A stretch of DNA of 64,000 bases from NCBI GenBank assembly GCA_963841435.1, contig CAWJCS010000003.1, forward strand, positions 128,001-192,000, given 5' to 3'. The notes under the pieces are model-generated. The model had not been told where the DNA came from and did not search any database. It saw only the letters and a program-made list of their open reading frames with translations. Position 1 is the stretch's first letter. Each line of letters starts with the position of its first letter. Source of the stretch: an uncultured delta proteobacterium. GTDB lineage: Bacteria > Myxococcota_A > Polyangia > Polyangiales > Polyangiaceae. Shown here piece after piece: positions 30,796 to 41,395 of this stretch. Made by a program: the position numbers and the translations under genes.

Positions 30796-32895
30796 ATGCA
30801 TTCCGCGCCGCCCTCGAAACTGGCTCGCGCGGCTCGGATCATGTTGCTTGCGATACTGACGCCGTGCTGTGCCACCGTTCCCGGGCGTCGCTATTCGCTC
30901 GACTCCATCAGGTTCCAAGGGAACGACGCGCTCCCCGACGACGAGATCGAGGAGAAGATCGCGAGTCGCGAATCGTCGAAATTTCTCGGGCTCTTTCCCG
31001 GTTTCATCTATGAGTATGAGGTCTTCGACCGTCACGTGCTCGAGCGCGACTTGCAGCGTATCGAGCGGCTTTATCGGGCGCGCGGCTACTACCGCGCGCG
31101 CGTTCGCGCGGGGCGCGTCACGTTCCACGGCAAGCGGGGCGCGCGCGTCGAGATCGTCATCGAGGAGGGCCCGCCCGTCTTGCTCGCGCGGGTCAACGTT
31201 CACGGGCTCGACGACGTCGCGGCGCCGATCCGTGAGCGCGCTCTCGCGGCCGCGCAGGCCGCCCTGCCAGTCGATCGACCGTTCGAGGAGCAGCACTTCA
31301 TCGACGGTGGGGAGGCGGTAAGGCGCGCCCTCAGCGACGAGGGCTACGCCAAGGCGGTCGTTCGACGCAACGCGCGCGTCAACCTTCCGAAGAGCCGGGC
31401 GAGCGCCGGCTACTTCGTCGAGCGCGGCGAACGCATGCAGTTCGGCAAAGTGCGTCTCGAGGGGCTCGGCGGGGTCCCCGAAGGTCCCGTACGGCGAGCG
31501 CTCGGGATCGTCGCGGGTGAGCCCTACTCGGAGGCCGACCTCGAGGCGGCGCAGCGAGCGCTGCTCGATCTTGGCGCTTTCTCGTCCGTGACGGTCGAGC
31601 CCGAGCTCGAAAAGACCACGAATCATCGGGTTCCCATCCTCGTCAAGCTCGTGCCTACCGACTTTCGCAGCGTGCGCCTCGGCGCGGGCAGCGAGCTCGA
31701 CACGCTGCACGCCGACGTTCACGGCTTGATCGCGCTCGAGGATCGCAACTTCTTCGGTGGGCTCCGGCACGCCTTGCTCGAGATCAGGCCCGGCGTGGTG
31801 CTCTACCCGACGCGTATCCCGGAGATCCAGGCGCCCCAGCGACTCCTGCCACAAGGCAAGGTGAGACTCGAGTTCCGCCAACCCGGGCTCATCGAGAAGC
31901 GGACCAATCTGCTGCTTCGCGGGGAGGCGAACATCTACCCGATCCTGCTTTCGCGCGTGGAGCCGGGTGCGCCGATTCTGGGCAACCGCGATTATCGCGC
32001 ATCGGCCGGCGTCGAACGCTCGTTCGGCCGCTTCTACGGCAACCCCTCCCAAAAGGTCGAGGTCAGTCAACCGTTCGCGTATCGGGGTGAGCTCGATCCA
32101 GACCTCGCTATGGTCATCGCGTCGTACCCCGACCTGCTCGCCGCGCTCGATCTCCGGGACGACGCGCTCGAGCCCCACTCGGGGGCGTATTTTCGCGCCG
32201 ACCTGCAGTTCGCCGGCGTGGGCGGCGATGCGCGCAACGTCCGAATCGAGCCCGAAGCGCGCTTTTACGTGCCCCTTTGGCGCCGACTGACCCTGGCGCT
32301 GCGCGGGACGACGGGTCTGCTCTTTCCGTCGAACTACGGCGACACGCTGGTCCCGAACGCCTTCACGAAATCGTCGGGTGGCGTCAGTCGGGCCGCGTGG
32401 GTGCGCGACATCCAGCTGATGTTCATGCGCGGATTCTTCTCGGGTGGGTCGGGCTCGAATCGTGGCTACGGGTATCGCGAGATCGGTCCGCACGGCACCG
32501 TGCCGTTTTACAACCCGGGCCAGAGCAGCGAGGCGCTCGGAGCCGATTGCCTCAACGGTACGGGGAGCCAGGCAAGCTGCGATCTGCCGCTCGGAGGTCT
32601 CACGCTGTGGGAAGCGAGCGTGGAGCTTCGCTACCCGATCCTGGGGCCGCTGCTCGGGGTGGTATTCGCCGACGCGAGCAACGTCTCGCCCTACAGGGTG
32701 AGCTACCGCTTCAACCGACCGCACCTCAGTGTCGGGCTCGGTCTGCGTTACGAGACGCCGGTCGGCCCGATCCGCCTCGACGCGGGCTATCGGGTGCCGG
32801 ACCTCCAGGCCCCCGACTCGCCCGACGAGGGCACACCGTCCGACGTTTTCGGGATGCCGGGGGCGATTTCACTCGGCATCGGGGAGTCGTTCTGA
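30796..32895 (+). CDS. tamA: Omp85 family (TamA-like) outer membrane protein with POTRA domains
   Basis: POTRA patterns (YRARGYY, GEPYS), FFSGGSGSNRGY, GLRYETPVGPIRLD, C-terminal IGESF; adjacent to tamB. Confidence 0.8.
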   Translation: MHSAPPSKLARAARIMLLAILTPCCATVPGRRYSLDSIRFQGNDALPDDEIEEKIASRESSKFLGLFPGFIYEYEVFDRHVLERDLQRIERLYRARGYYRARVRAGRVTFHGKRGARVEIVIEEGPPVLLARVNVHGLDDVAAPIRERALAAAQAALPVDRPFEEQHFIDGGEAVRRALSDEGYAKAVVRRNARVNLPKSRASAGYFVERGERMQFGKVRLEGLGGVPEGPVRRALGIVAGEPYSEADLEAAQRALLDLGAFSSVTVEPELEKTTNHRVPILVKLVPTDFRSVRLGAGSELDTLHADVHGLIALEDRNFFGGLRHALLEIRPGVVLYPTRIPEIQAPQRLLPQGKVRLEFRQPGLIEKRTNLLLRGEANIYPILLSRVEPGAPILGNRDYRASAGVERSFGRFYGNPSQKVEVSQPFAYRGELDPDLAMVIASYPDLLAALDLRDDALEPHSGAYFRADLQFAGVGGDARNVRIEPEARFYVPLWRRLTLALRGTTGLLFPSNYGDTLVPNAFTKSSGGVSRAAWVRDIQLMFMRGFFSGGSGSNRGYGYREIGPHGTVPFYNPGQSSEALGADCLNGTGSQASCDLPLGGLTLWEASVELRYPILGPLLGVVFADASNVSPYRVSYRFNRPHLSVGLGLRYETPVGPIRLDAGYRVPDLQAPDSPDEGTPSDVFGMPGAISLGIGESF

Positions 32896-35800
32896 TGCCC
32901 GGCGAGCGCGCACGGCACGGGTTTCGCCGGCTCGGAAAGCTCGCGGCGATCGGTGCGGTCGCGCTGGTCGGAGGCGTCGTCCTTCTCGCTCTGATCGCGG
33001 TCGTCGCGCTCGACACGGCGCCCGTCCGGCGGATGGCCCGAGAGGTCGCCAATCGAGCGGTCCATGGAGCTTTCGCGGGCGACGTGCGCATCGAGCGGCT
33101 CGGTGCGCTCACGCTGGGCGGCGTCGGTGGTCTCGATGCCGTCGTTCGTGACCCCGACGGCCAGCGGGTGCTCGAAGTGCGAGGCTGCGACGTCGAGCTC
33201 GGCGTGCCGACGCTGCTCGTCGAACTGTTGACGCGCTCGCTCGCCGACGTAACGATTCATCTCGATGCCGTTCGCTGCGATCACGTCGCGGCGCGGCTGC
33301 GCGACGACGCGAGCGGTGGGCCGACCATCGCGGCGGCGTTCGCGCCGCGCACGCCCACCACGACCGCGAGTGGCAAAGCGCCAGTCGTCGATGTGCCGAG
33401 CATCCAGGTAGGCCACTTCTGGCTCCACGGCGCGACCTCCGGGTCGCCCCCTCTCGACGCAGAGGGCCACGAGCTCGCGGGGAGCCTGCGGGTCGCCAAG
33501 GACACCGCCATCACGGTAAGTTCGGTCGGCTTTACCGTGCGGGCGCTTCCTGGTGGCGCCACGGCGCATGGCGACCTCGCTGGTTTCGTCGAGGTGCCCG
33601 CGTCCGCACCGCTCGTGATTGGCGCGGACGCCTGGGGGCACGCGGCTGGCGGCAGCTTCAGCGTGACCTTCGGCCTGCGTGGCGAAAGGCTGGCCGTCGC
33701 CGTCTGGTCACCCGATCTCGCGCCCGTGCTCCTCGCGCGCCTTGCAGGCGATCGCGGGGATGGGCGCGCTCCCGAACCCGATGAGCGGCGCCTGCCCGTC
33801 TATGCGCTGGTCTCCGGAACGGGCTCGGCGCTCGATCTTTCGGCGTCGGCCGCGGGCGGCCCCGGAGCGCTGAGGGTCACGGGCACGTTCTCCGACGCCG
33901 GCGGGGGCAAGAGGCTCCGCGCCGACGCGGAAACGCGCGGCCTCGACTTCGCCCGCCTCGTCGCGGGCGCGCCGGCCACGTCGCTCGATTCGACGATCTC
34001 GCTGTCGGCGTCGCTGCGCGGCGAAGGGCTCTCGGGGGAAGCGACCGTCCGCGGTGACGGGTCGCGCGTCCTCGGCGAGCCGCTCGATCGACTCGCGATC
34101 GATCTCGACTTCGAGCAGCCCGCAAGCGGCCCGTTGGAGCTCTCCGGGCGTGTGGAGATCGGTACGCCGGGGGCCGACCTCGTCGCGCGTCCACGGCTCG
34201 TCGCCGGCCGGACCACGCGGATCACGAGCACGGTGCGCCTCAACGTCTCCCGCGCGCCGCGGCCGCTGCGAGAGCTCGGCGTTCGCGCGCGCGGGCGGCT
34301 CGAAGGTGAAGCAAGCTACGAGGTGGAGCCCGCCGCCCTCCGCGCCCACGGACGTGCCGACGCGAGCGAGGTCGGCGTGGGGAAGGCCCTCGAGGCGAAA
34401 GGCGTGGTCGTGACGTTCACCATTACGGGCAGTCCGCGGGACCCCGAACTGGACGCCGACCTGCGCGCGCGACACGCGCGCGCGGCCGGACGTACGCTCG
34501 ACGGCGTCGAAGCGACCGCTCACGGCAATCTCCGAGCGCTCAACGTCGGCGTCGCCGCCCGCGATACGCGTGCTGGCTACCTGACCGCGCGCGCGCGCCT
34601 CGCCCTCGGCGATAACGCGAGGGTGGTCTCAGCGGAGCTCGTGAACGCGGGGGCACGCGCGCCGCTTGCTCTGCGGGTGGGCGGCGTCGAGTCGGAGGAC
34701 GGTACGCTCGTGGTTCGCGACTTCTCGTTCAGTGGCGCAGGCGAGGCGCAGGGCTCGCTCACCTACCGCGACGGGCTCCAGAGCCTCGTGCTCGATGCGC
34801 GCGGTCTCGACCTTTCCGTCGTCGAGCGCGAGCTCGGCGTCCGGCTCCCGCTCCGTCACCTGCGAGCGACCCTGGCCGCGCGCTACTCGCGCTCGCAGGG
34901 CACCGGCTTCGTGCGCGGCAAGTTGCGAGCTGAGCGCGAGATCGACGCTCGCAAGAAGGGCGAACGAGTTCGCGTCCCGTTCACGCTCGACATCGACTTC
35001 CGCCTTCGTCGTGGTCTCGCCGCTGGCGACGCCACGACCCGCTTCGGCGCATCGGCCGCCAGGCTTCAGATCGAGTCGCTCCGGGTGGACCGCCTGCTCG
35101 GTCCGCGGCCGTTTTCGGTGCTCACGACGAAACCGAAACTGGCCCTCACGGCGCACCTCGATCTCGACGAGCTCTCGCGCACCGGCCTAACCTCGCGAGC
35201 CGGCATCGAGCACGCCGCGGGAACGGCCGACCTGTCGGTGTTCGTGCTGAGCGGGCCGGAGCAGGCGGAGCCCTCGGTGATCGTCGAGCTCGAGACCCAC
35301 GAGCTCGAGCTCGTCGGGCAGCGCGAGCCAACGCCCGCGGTTGACCGTCGCGACCAGGCGAGGGAGAGCGCTCCTCTCTCCTTGCGCGGGATCGACGTTG
35401 CGGCGACGCTCGGCTGGTCCCCGGCGAGTCACGCCGTCGGTGCCCGGGCGCGCTTCCACGACGAAGCAGGTACGCTGGGTGAAGTCGAGCTGTCGTTCGA
35501 GCTTCGTGACCCGCGTTCGCTCCTGCACCCCGAAACGCTCTATGATGCGCCCACCGAGCTCCGCGTGAGGGTGCCCGAGCGCCGCGTGGAGAAGTGGCCC
35601 GCCGTGCTGCGCCCCGCCACCGTCGAAGGCGGCTTCTCGGCGCGGATCGACGCGAGTGGGACCCCGCGGCGGCCGACATTCGCCGTCCAGATGGCGATTC
35701 GTGACGCGCGCGCGGTCGCCAAGAAGCAACGCGATCCGGTCTCGCTCGAGGCGTCGCTCGACCTCGACTGGCAGCACGCAACACTCGAGCTTACCGGCCA

Positions 35801-37560
35801 CGCGAAGGGCCGGCGAGTCTTGCACGCAAAGAGCGAGCTTCGTGGCGACGTGCGCGCCTTGCCGTCCGCGCTTGCCCGGGGGGGACCGTCGCCGCTGACG
35901 GGAGACACGACCATTGACCTCGACGAGCTCCCGCTTGCGAGCGTGCCCGCGCTCGGCCGGCGAGACATCGACGGCTCCATCTCGGGGAGCGTCGAGCTCA
36001 CTGGGCTCGGCAAGGACGCGAGCATGAGCGCTCGACTAGCGTCGCCGGATCTCAGCGTCGGTCGCGCGCGGGTCGGTCGCACCACGCTGACGCTCGAATC
36101 CGGCGCGGGCAGTGTGCTCGCGGACTTGAAGACGGCGGGACGGAGCGGATCGGCGAGCCTGCACGCCGAGACCGGGCTCCAGTGGGGCGACCGTCTCGTC
36201 CCCGAGGTCGAGGGTCAAAAGCGCCTGACGGCCGAGCTCGACAATCTCGACCTTGCCGCACTCTTCCCGCTCGTCGAGGGGCCGGTGACGGAGCTCGGGG
36301 GAAAGGTCGACGGCTCGGTCGAAATGACGCTCGGCGGCTCCGGTCGCAACGTGGACGGCTACCTCCTGTGGCGCGACGGCGTGCTCGAGGTTCCCGCGGT
36401 AGGCCAGCGCCTCCACGATCTCGAAGCGCGCGTGACGATCAGAGGACCGCGCATCGTTCTCGAGAAGCTCAGCGCCGCGGGCGTCGTCGGTCGCCTCGAG
36501 GCCTCGGGGTCGGCGACGCTCGGTCCCGACGGCAGCGTGCAGGCGCGAGCGCGCGTCGAGGTGCCCGAGCGCCAGAAGATCCCCGTGACGGTGGAAGGCG
36601 TCTCGTTCGGTGACGTGTGGGGCCAGGTCGAGCTTGCGCTCGATCGTTCGAGTCAAGGCAAGCTCGACGTGTCGGTCAAGGTGCCGAAGCTTCACGTCAT
36701 CCTGCCCGAGGTGGCGCCCACCGACGTGCAGGGTCTCGCGCCCGCGGAAGCGATCGTGGTGGGCGCGCATCGTGGCGACGGTGCCTTCGTCGATCTACCC
36801 CTCCAGCCCGTGAAGGACGCCGGCGGAAGCACGGAGCTCGCCCTTCGCGTCGAGCTCGGCAAGGACGTTCTGGATCCAGCAAGGTCAGGAGCTCGAGGCG
36901 CGCTTTGCGGGGGTCTTCAGCGCCAAGCTCGGTGAGGAGACGGATATCGAAGGCCGCATCGATCTGCGCGGGGGCACGCTCGATGTTTCCGGCAAGCGAT
37001 TCGTCATCGAGCGAGGCGTCGTCACGTTTCAGGGCAAGCCCGACCAGACTCAGGTCACCGCCACGGCGCGTTGGGATTCGCCCGCGGGGTACAGCGTGTA
37101 TGCCGAGTTCACGGGAACGGTCTCGGACGGCAAGATCCGCCTGAGCTCGACGCCGCCGCTCAGCCAGGACCAGATCTTGAGCTTGCTCCTCTTCGGCTCG
37201 CCCGAAGGGAGCGTCGGCAGCAGCACCTCTTCCGGCTCCGAAGCCGCCACGGCGGTCGCCGCCGCCGGCAGCACGGCGGCCAAGGGCATCAACCAAGCAA
37301 TCTCGGACATCACGAGCCTCGACCTGAAGGCCCGCGTCGACACGAGCACGGGCAGCGCTCGACCCGAAGTGGTGCTCAGGCTCTCGCCCCGCGTCGACGC
37401 GCGGATCACCCGCGCTCTCGGTCCCCCGGCGCCGGGCGAGGCACCCGATCGCACCTTCCTGACGATCGACCTCAGGATCGGCGCACGCTGGGCCCTCTCC
37501 ACCATCGTCGGCGACCACGGCGGGACGGCGTTCGAGCTCGTGTGGCGACTACGCTTTTGA
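32895..37560 (+). CDS. tamB: TamB-like translocation/assembly protein; +1 base frameshift at 36868-36869
   Basis: N-terminal TM anchor, long beta-rich body; removing one T gives KDVWIQQG...GKRFVIERG...LSSTPPLSQDQILSLLLFG...WRLRF, open to 37560. Confidence 0.8.
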
Positions 37561-37938
37561 GTGTGCGCCGGTGCCCTGATGCTCGGCTGCTGCCTGCAGG
37601 TCCGCCGATGCGGTGGCGTGCCGTCGCCTGCCGTAGCGTGCGTCCGTCGTCCTGGCGCAGATCCTGGCCGAGCAAGTCACCGAGCCGGCGCACCGCGTTC
37701 GCCCGGCGTTCGGCCGCGCGGCGGCGCCACTCGAGCCCGTCCGAGGTGCGGGCATTCCGCAGCCGTCTTGGCTACTTCTCGGTCCGCCGCAGAATCGCTC
37801 GCGGGGCCCCGAGCGGGCTGCCCTTGGTGTGGTCCCTCGGTTCCGCCCGAGGCGAAGCGCCACGGGTGAGGCGAACGGGCTCCGATCGCGGCCTTCGTTG
37901 CGGGTGCACGTGGCGGTGCCCGTGCGCCGCGTGCTAGC

Positions 37939-37954
37939 TGGCACGTCGCTTGCT
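37939..37954 (+). promoter_or_regulatory. sigma54 promoter of the OmpA-family gene
   Basis: TGGCACGTCGCTTGCT, exact match to TGGCACG-N4-TTGCW. Confidence 0.75.
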
Positions 37955-37997
37955 CGAAGGAAGGGAGAGTTGGACCAAGCACCAAGGAGGCTCACCG

Positions 37998-38588
37998 ATG
38001 TCATCGTTCAACGCCTCGTCACTCCACGGCCACCGCGAGCACGCATCGCCGCCGGGACCGCGCTCCGTCCGTCGGCTTCTCTCGCTGCCCGTGGTTGCGC
38101 TCGCCGTCGCGTGCGCTTCGACCAACGTGAGCGCACCGCCGACCCGGCCGCCCGTCTTGCCGGCGCCGCCACCTGCACCAACCCGCCAGATCCACCTCGA
38201 GCTCGGCGCCGATCTCCTCCACTGCCAGACCCGTGACCCGCACTTCTTCTACGACGGCACCAAGGTCCGGCCGCAGGATCACGAGGCGCTCGAGGAGCTC
38301 GCTGCCTGCCTGAACGAGCCCGATTTCAAGAAGATCGACCTATTGTTGGTCGGTCGCACGGACCCGCGCGGCAGCGCGGCCTACAACCAGCAGCTCTCCA
38401 AGGAGCGGGCCGATCGCGTCAAGGATTTGCTCGTCGAAAACGGGGTCGATGCCAAGCGCATCACCACGAAGGCGGCCGGCGAGCGGGGCGCCATAGGCCA
38501 GACGCACCAGGCGTCCTACGGCTACGATCGTCGGGTCGACGTCGTCCAGCTCTCGGCAATCGTGCCCCGGCAACGTCCCCAGCCTTGA
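37998..38588 (+). CDS. OmpA/Pal-family peptidoglycan-binding lipoprotein
   Basis: SD AGGAGG; lipobox AVAC; GRTDPRGSAAYNQQLSKERA and DRRVD motifs. Confidence 0.85.
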   Translation: MSSFNASSLHGHREHASPPGPRSVRRLLSLPVVALAVACASTNVSAPPTRPPVLPAPPPAPTRQIHLELGADLLHCQTRDPHFFYDGTKVRPQDHEALEELAACLNEPDFKKIDLLLVGRTDPRGSAAYNQQLSKERADRVKDLLVENGVDAKRITTKAAGERGAIGQTHQASYGYDRRVDVVQLSAIVPRQRPQP

Positions 38589-38675
38589 CGCCGGGCGGCG
38601 CGCGCCGTCGTTCGGGAAGGTCGAAGCAGTGTCGCCGTCGGCCCAGCACGCTTCGAGCCGAGCCCGGCAATGACA

Positions 38676-38969
38676 TCAGGGTGCCTGAGCCCGAACCGGC
38701 GGAGGCAGTCGGACCCGGCGGTGGCATCCGCGTGGAGCTGGCTTGGGACCGGGTGGCTCCGCTGGAGCTGGCTTGGGACCGGGAGGTTCGGCGGGCGGTT
38801 GCTTGGGACCCGGGGGCCCTTCGGGGGGGCTCGGCGGTTCGGGTGGCTCCGGGGGGTGCAACGGCTCGGGCCTGCCTGGCGGATGCGGTCCTGGCTTCTT
38901 CGGATGGGGCGGTGCTTCGGGCGCGGCCGAGGCACGAGTGCGCCCTACACGATCGAGGAAGAGATCCAT
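38676..38969 (-). CDS. small proline-rich repeat protein, hypothetical
   Basis: 97 aa ORF with (EPPGPKPAPA)-type repeats; sigma54 motif immediately upstream. Confidence 0.45.
   Translation of the reverse strand: MDLFLDRVGRTRASAAPEAPPHPKKPGPHPPGRPEPLHPPEPPEPPSPPEGPPGPKQPPAEPPGPKPAPAEPPGPKPAPRGCHRRVRLPPPVRAQAP
38733..38814. repeat. three imperfect 30-bp tandem repeats (coding)
   Basis: GCTTGGGACC at 38741, 38771 and 38801. Confidence 0.8.
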
Positions 38970-38981
38970 GATCGTTGGACC

Positions 38982-38997
38982 TGCAACCGATGTGCCG
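38982..38997 (-). promoter_or_regulatory. putative sigma54 promoter
   Basis: Minus strand CGGCACATCGGTTGCA; -12 GC is 13 nt before the ATG at 38969. Confidence 0.6.
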
Positions 38998-39176
38998 GTC
39001 GAGAAAGGGCCAGGGGAATAGGGCGAGCTCGTTGGTCAACGGGTCATCGTGGCGGCAAGGAAGAACGAACTGGGAAAACGGCTGGCGGGCTCCGGTGCCG
39101 GAAAGCTTTCGGGGCCGGGACGCCACCCAGAATGACGACGCGCTGTATCGCCCTTAGTCTCGGCCAGCCCGCCCCC

Positions 39177-40052
39177 ATGCTGACCTTCGTCGCCCTGTGC
39201 CTGCTCTGTCGCGTCGCGTACACCTTCAATGACGTGCTCGTCGGGGAGCTCGCGCGGGAGCACGACGGAACGGAAGTTGGCGCACTCCGAGGGCTGTCGC
39301 TCGGTTTGACCATGTCCCCACTGCTGCTCTTCGTCGCGCCGGGCGCCTGGGGGAGCCTCGTGGCACGTGCAGGCGAGCTTGCGTTGCTGTGCCTCGCCAC
39401 GGCGCTCGCGAACGTGCTTCACCTCTACGCGGCACGACATCTGCCGTTCGGCCTCCGTGCTGCGCTCCTGGTCGCTGGTGTCGCCCTGGGCGGGCTCGTG
39501 CTCGGCGCCGCGTTCCTCGGGGAGCGGCTCGGTGCCACCGAGCTCGTCTGGTGCGTGCTCATCGTGGCGAGCGCGGTGCTCGCGGCGCTCGGCGATCATT
39601 CGACCGAGGGGCTGACCACGAACCTGCGGAAGGGCGCATTCCTGACGCTCGCCGCCTCGGCCCTGCTCGGCCTTTCGGCGCTGCTCTTTGCTCGCCTGGC
39701 GCGTGCAACCGACCCCCTGCTCGTCGCCTGGGCGTGGGAGCTCGGCGCGGGGGCGGCGCTCACCGTTTCGCTGATTTGGCGGAGCCGCGGTCGTCTGCAG
39801 TCCGGTATCCTGAACCGCTTCGTGACGACCGGCGTTCGCTCGCTCCCGACCGTCGTCGGAACCGGAGCGAGTGCCCTCGCTCTCACGCGCGGACCGCTTG
39901 GTGTCTGGGCTGCGCTCGCGGGGACTCAAGCGCTCTTGAGCGCGGGACTCGGAGCGGTTTGGCACCGGGAGCGCCTCGGCGCCCGGCGGTGGTCGTACTT
40001 CGTGCTCGGCGCGCTCGGCATTGCCGGGCTCGCGCTCACCCGCACGCGCTGA
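39177..40052 (+). CDS. DMT/EamA-family membrane transporter
   Basis: About ten TM helices in two repeats ending FLGERL and WHRERL. Confidence 0.7.
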   Translation: MLTFVALCLLCRVAYTFNDVLVGELAREHDGTEVGALRGLSLGLTMSPLLLFVAPGAWGSLVARAGELALLCLATALANVLHLYAARHLPFGLRAALLVAGVALGGLVLGAAFLGERLGATELVWCVLIVASAVLAALGDHSTEGLTTNLRKGAFLTLAASALLGLSALLFARLARATDPLLVAWAWELGAGAALTVSLIWRSRGRLQSGILNRFVTTGVRSLPTVVGTGASALALTRGPLGVWAALAGTQALLSAGLGAVWHRERLGARRWSYFVLGALGIAGLALTRTR

Positions 40053-40315
40053 GCCTTCAAGCGGTCTCGGTGTTCAACCCCGCCCGGGCTACCTGGCCCA
40101 GTCGCTCACCGTCGACGACGTATTTCCAGTTTGGCTGCGTCATGGAAGCCGTCGAGTAGGTCCAAAGTCGATGTCGAGCAGGTCAGTATCCGCACGAACG
40201 CTTCGGATTTATTCACTCACTGTTTTCCTCTTACCCGCGTGAAAGATCGCGCGTTGACCCGCCGGCTTGGATCGGCTTTCGATGCGCGCTTCCTGCGCCC
40301 GCATCGGAGGTACTC

Positions 40316-41395
40316 GTGATCAAGAAAGCTTCTTTCACCGCCTTGGTAGCTGTGTTCATCGGAGCAACGGTCCAGTCTGGTTGTTCGGACGACGAGACCT
40401 CGTCGGGCGGAGCCGGGGGGAAAGGCGCCGCCGGCACGGGTGGCGCCGCCGGCACGGGTGGCGCCGCCGGCAAAGGTGGTAGTGCCGGCAAGGGCGGCAG
40501 CGCTGGTAATGGTGGCACGGCCGGTGGTTCGGGCAGCGGTGCGTCTGGAGGGAAAGGCGGCAGTGCAGGCAACGGCGCCTCGGGCGGCACGAGCGGCGAA
40601 GCGGGCGGACTCGGCGAAGCGGGCAACGCCGGCCAGTCGGGCGAGGGCGGCGAGGGCGGCGCCGGGGGAGCACCGGCTTGCGTGGACCCTCCCGTGATGG
40701 AGCACAACCATTGCGCCGACATTCCGTCGCAGAAAATGGGCGACGCGAGCTTCACCATCAGCACGACGGCTTTCGCCAATTGCGGCGAAATCCCCGCCGA
40801 TACCATGACCTGCGACGGCAAGGCGTTCGGAACCGGCTCGTCGCCTGAGCTCCACATCAGCGGAGTTCCCACCGGCACCGGGAGCCTCGCGCTCGTCTTC
40901 AAGGACATCGCCATCTTGGCCGACGGTGATCCGACGAAGGACCGTTTCGGCTACCACTGGGTGATGTGGGACATCCCGCCGAGCACCACCGATCTGCCCG
41001 CGGGGATGACGGGCGGCTACCAGTCGACCGAGGTTTCGGGTGCTCTGCAGTGGTCCGGGCGCAACATGTACGCCTTCTTCCCGCCCTGTCCGAACCCATT
41101 CCCCCTCGAGGACGCGCGCTTCACGTGCAGCCTCGTGATCGACAGCTACTCGTTCACGCTCTACGCGCTGCCGATGGCTCAACTCGACGACTTGCCGGAG
41201 CCGGATCTCGATCCGATGACCGACATGCCCACGGGGAACTACGTCGTGAAGATGGGCCACTACCTCGAATCACTCTCGGCCGTCGCCATTACGGAGTACC
41301 GCGGCACGTCGCGAGCGTGGGCTTCGTCGTTCGCGCCTCCGGACCCGGCGCAATATCCCTGCACCGCCGGCCTCACGACCAACTGCCTCCAGTAG
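40316..41395 (+). CDS. YbhB/YbcL (PEBP/RKIP-like) lipoprotein with Gly-rich linker
   Basis: Lipobox QSGC; SPEL, SLALVFKD, HWVMWDIP, PPCP, YSFTLYAL motifs; SD GGAGG. Confidence 0.8.
   Translation: MIKKASFTALVAVFIGATVQSGCSDDETSSGGAGGKGAAGTGGAAGTGGAAGKGGSAGKGGSAGNGGTAGGSGSGASGGKGGSAGNGASGGTSGEAGGLGEAGNAGQSGEGGEGGAGGAPACVDPPVMEHNHCADIPSQKMGDASFTISTTAFANCGEIPADTMTCDGKAFGTGSSPELHISGVPTGTGSLALVFKDIAILADGDPTKDRFGYHWVMWDIPPSTTDLPAGMTGGYQSTEVSGALQWSGRNMYAFFPPCPNPFPLEDARFTCSLVIDSYSFTLYALPMAQLDDLPEPDLDPMTDMPTGNYVVKMGHYLESLSAVAITEYRGTSRAWASSFAPPDPAQYPCTAGLTTNCLQ
40424..40525 (+). repeat. 18-bp-period coding repeat (GGAAGT/GGSAGK hexapeptides)
   Basis: GGCGCCGCCGGCACGGGT repeated, then degenerate copies. 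Confidence 0.7.

Noticed and set aside
30316-32724. 802-aa minus-strand ORF
   Set aside because: Only the last ~137 aa look like a real lipoprotein; the rest is antisense to tamA
37561-37938. Long intergenic gap as a possible ncRNA or small gene
   Set aside because: No recognisable RNA motif, terminator or convincing ORF by eye; a covariance-model search would be needed
38733-38814. Regularly spaced repeats as a possible mini-CRISPR
   Set aside because: 30-bp period with similar intervening sequence, encodes Pro-rich peptide repeats, no cas genes
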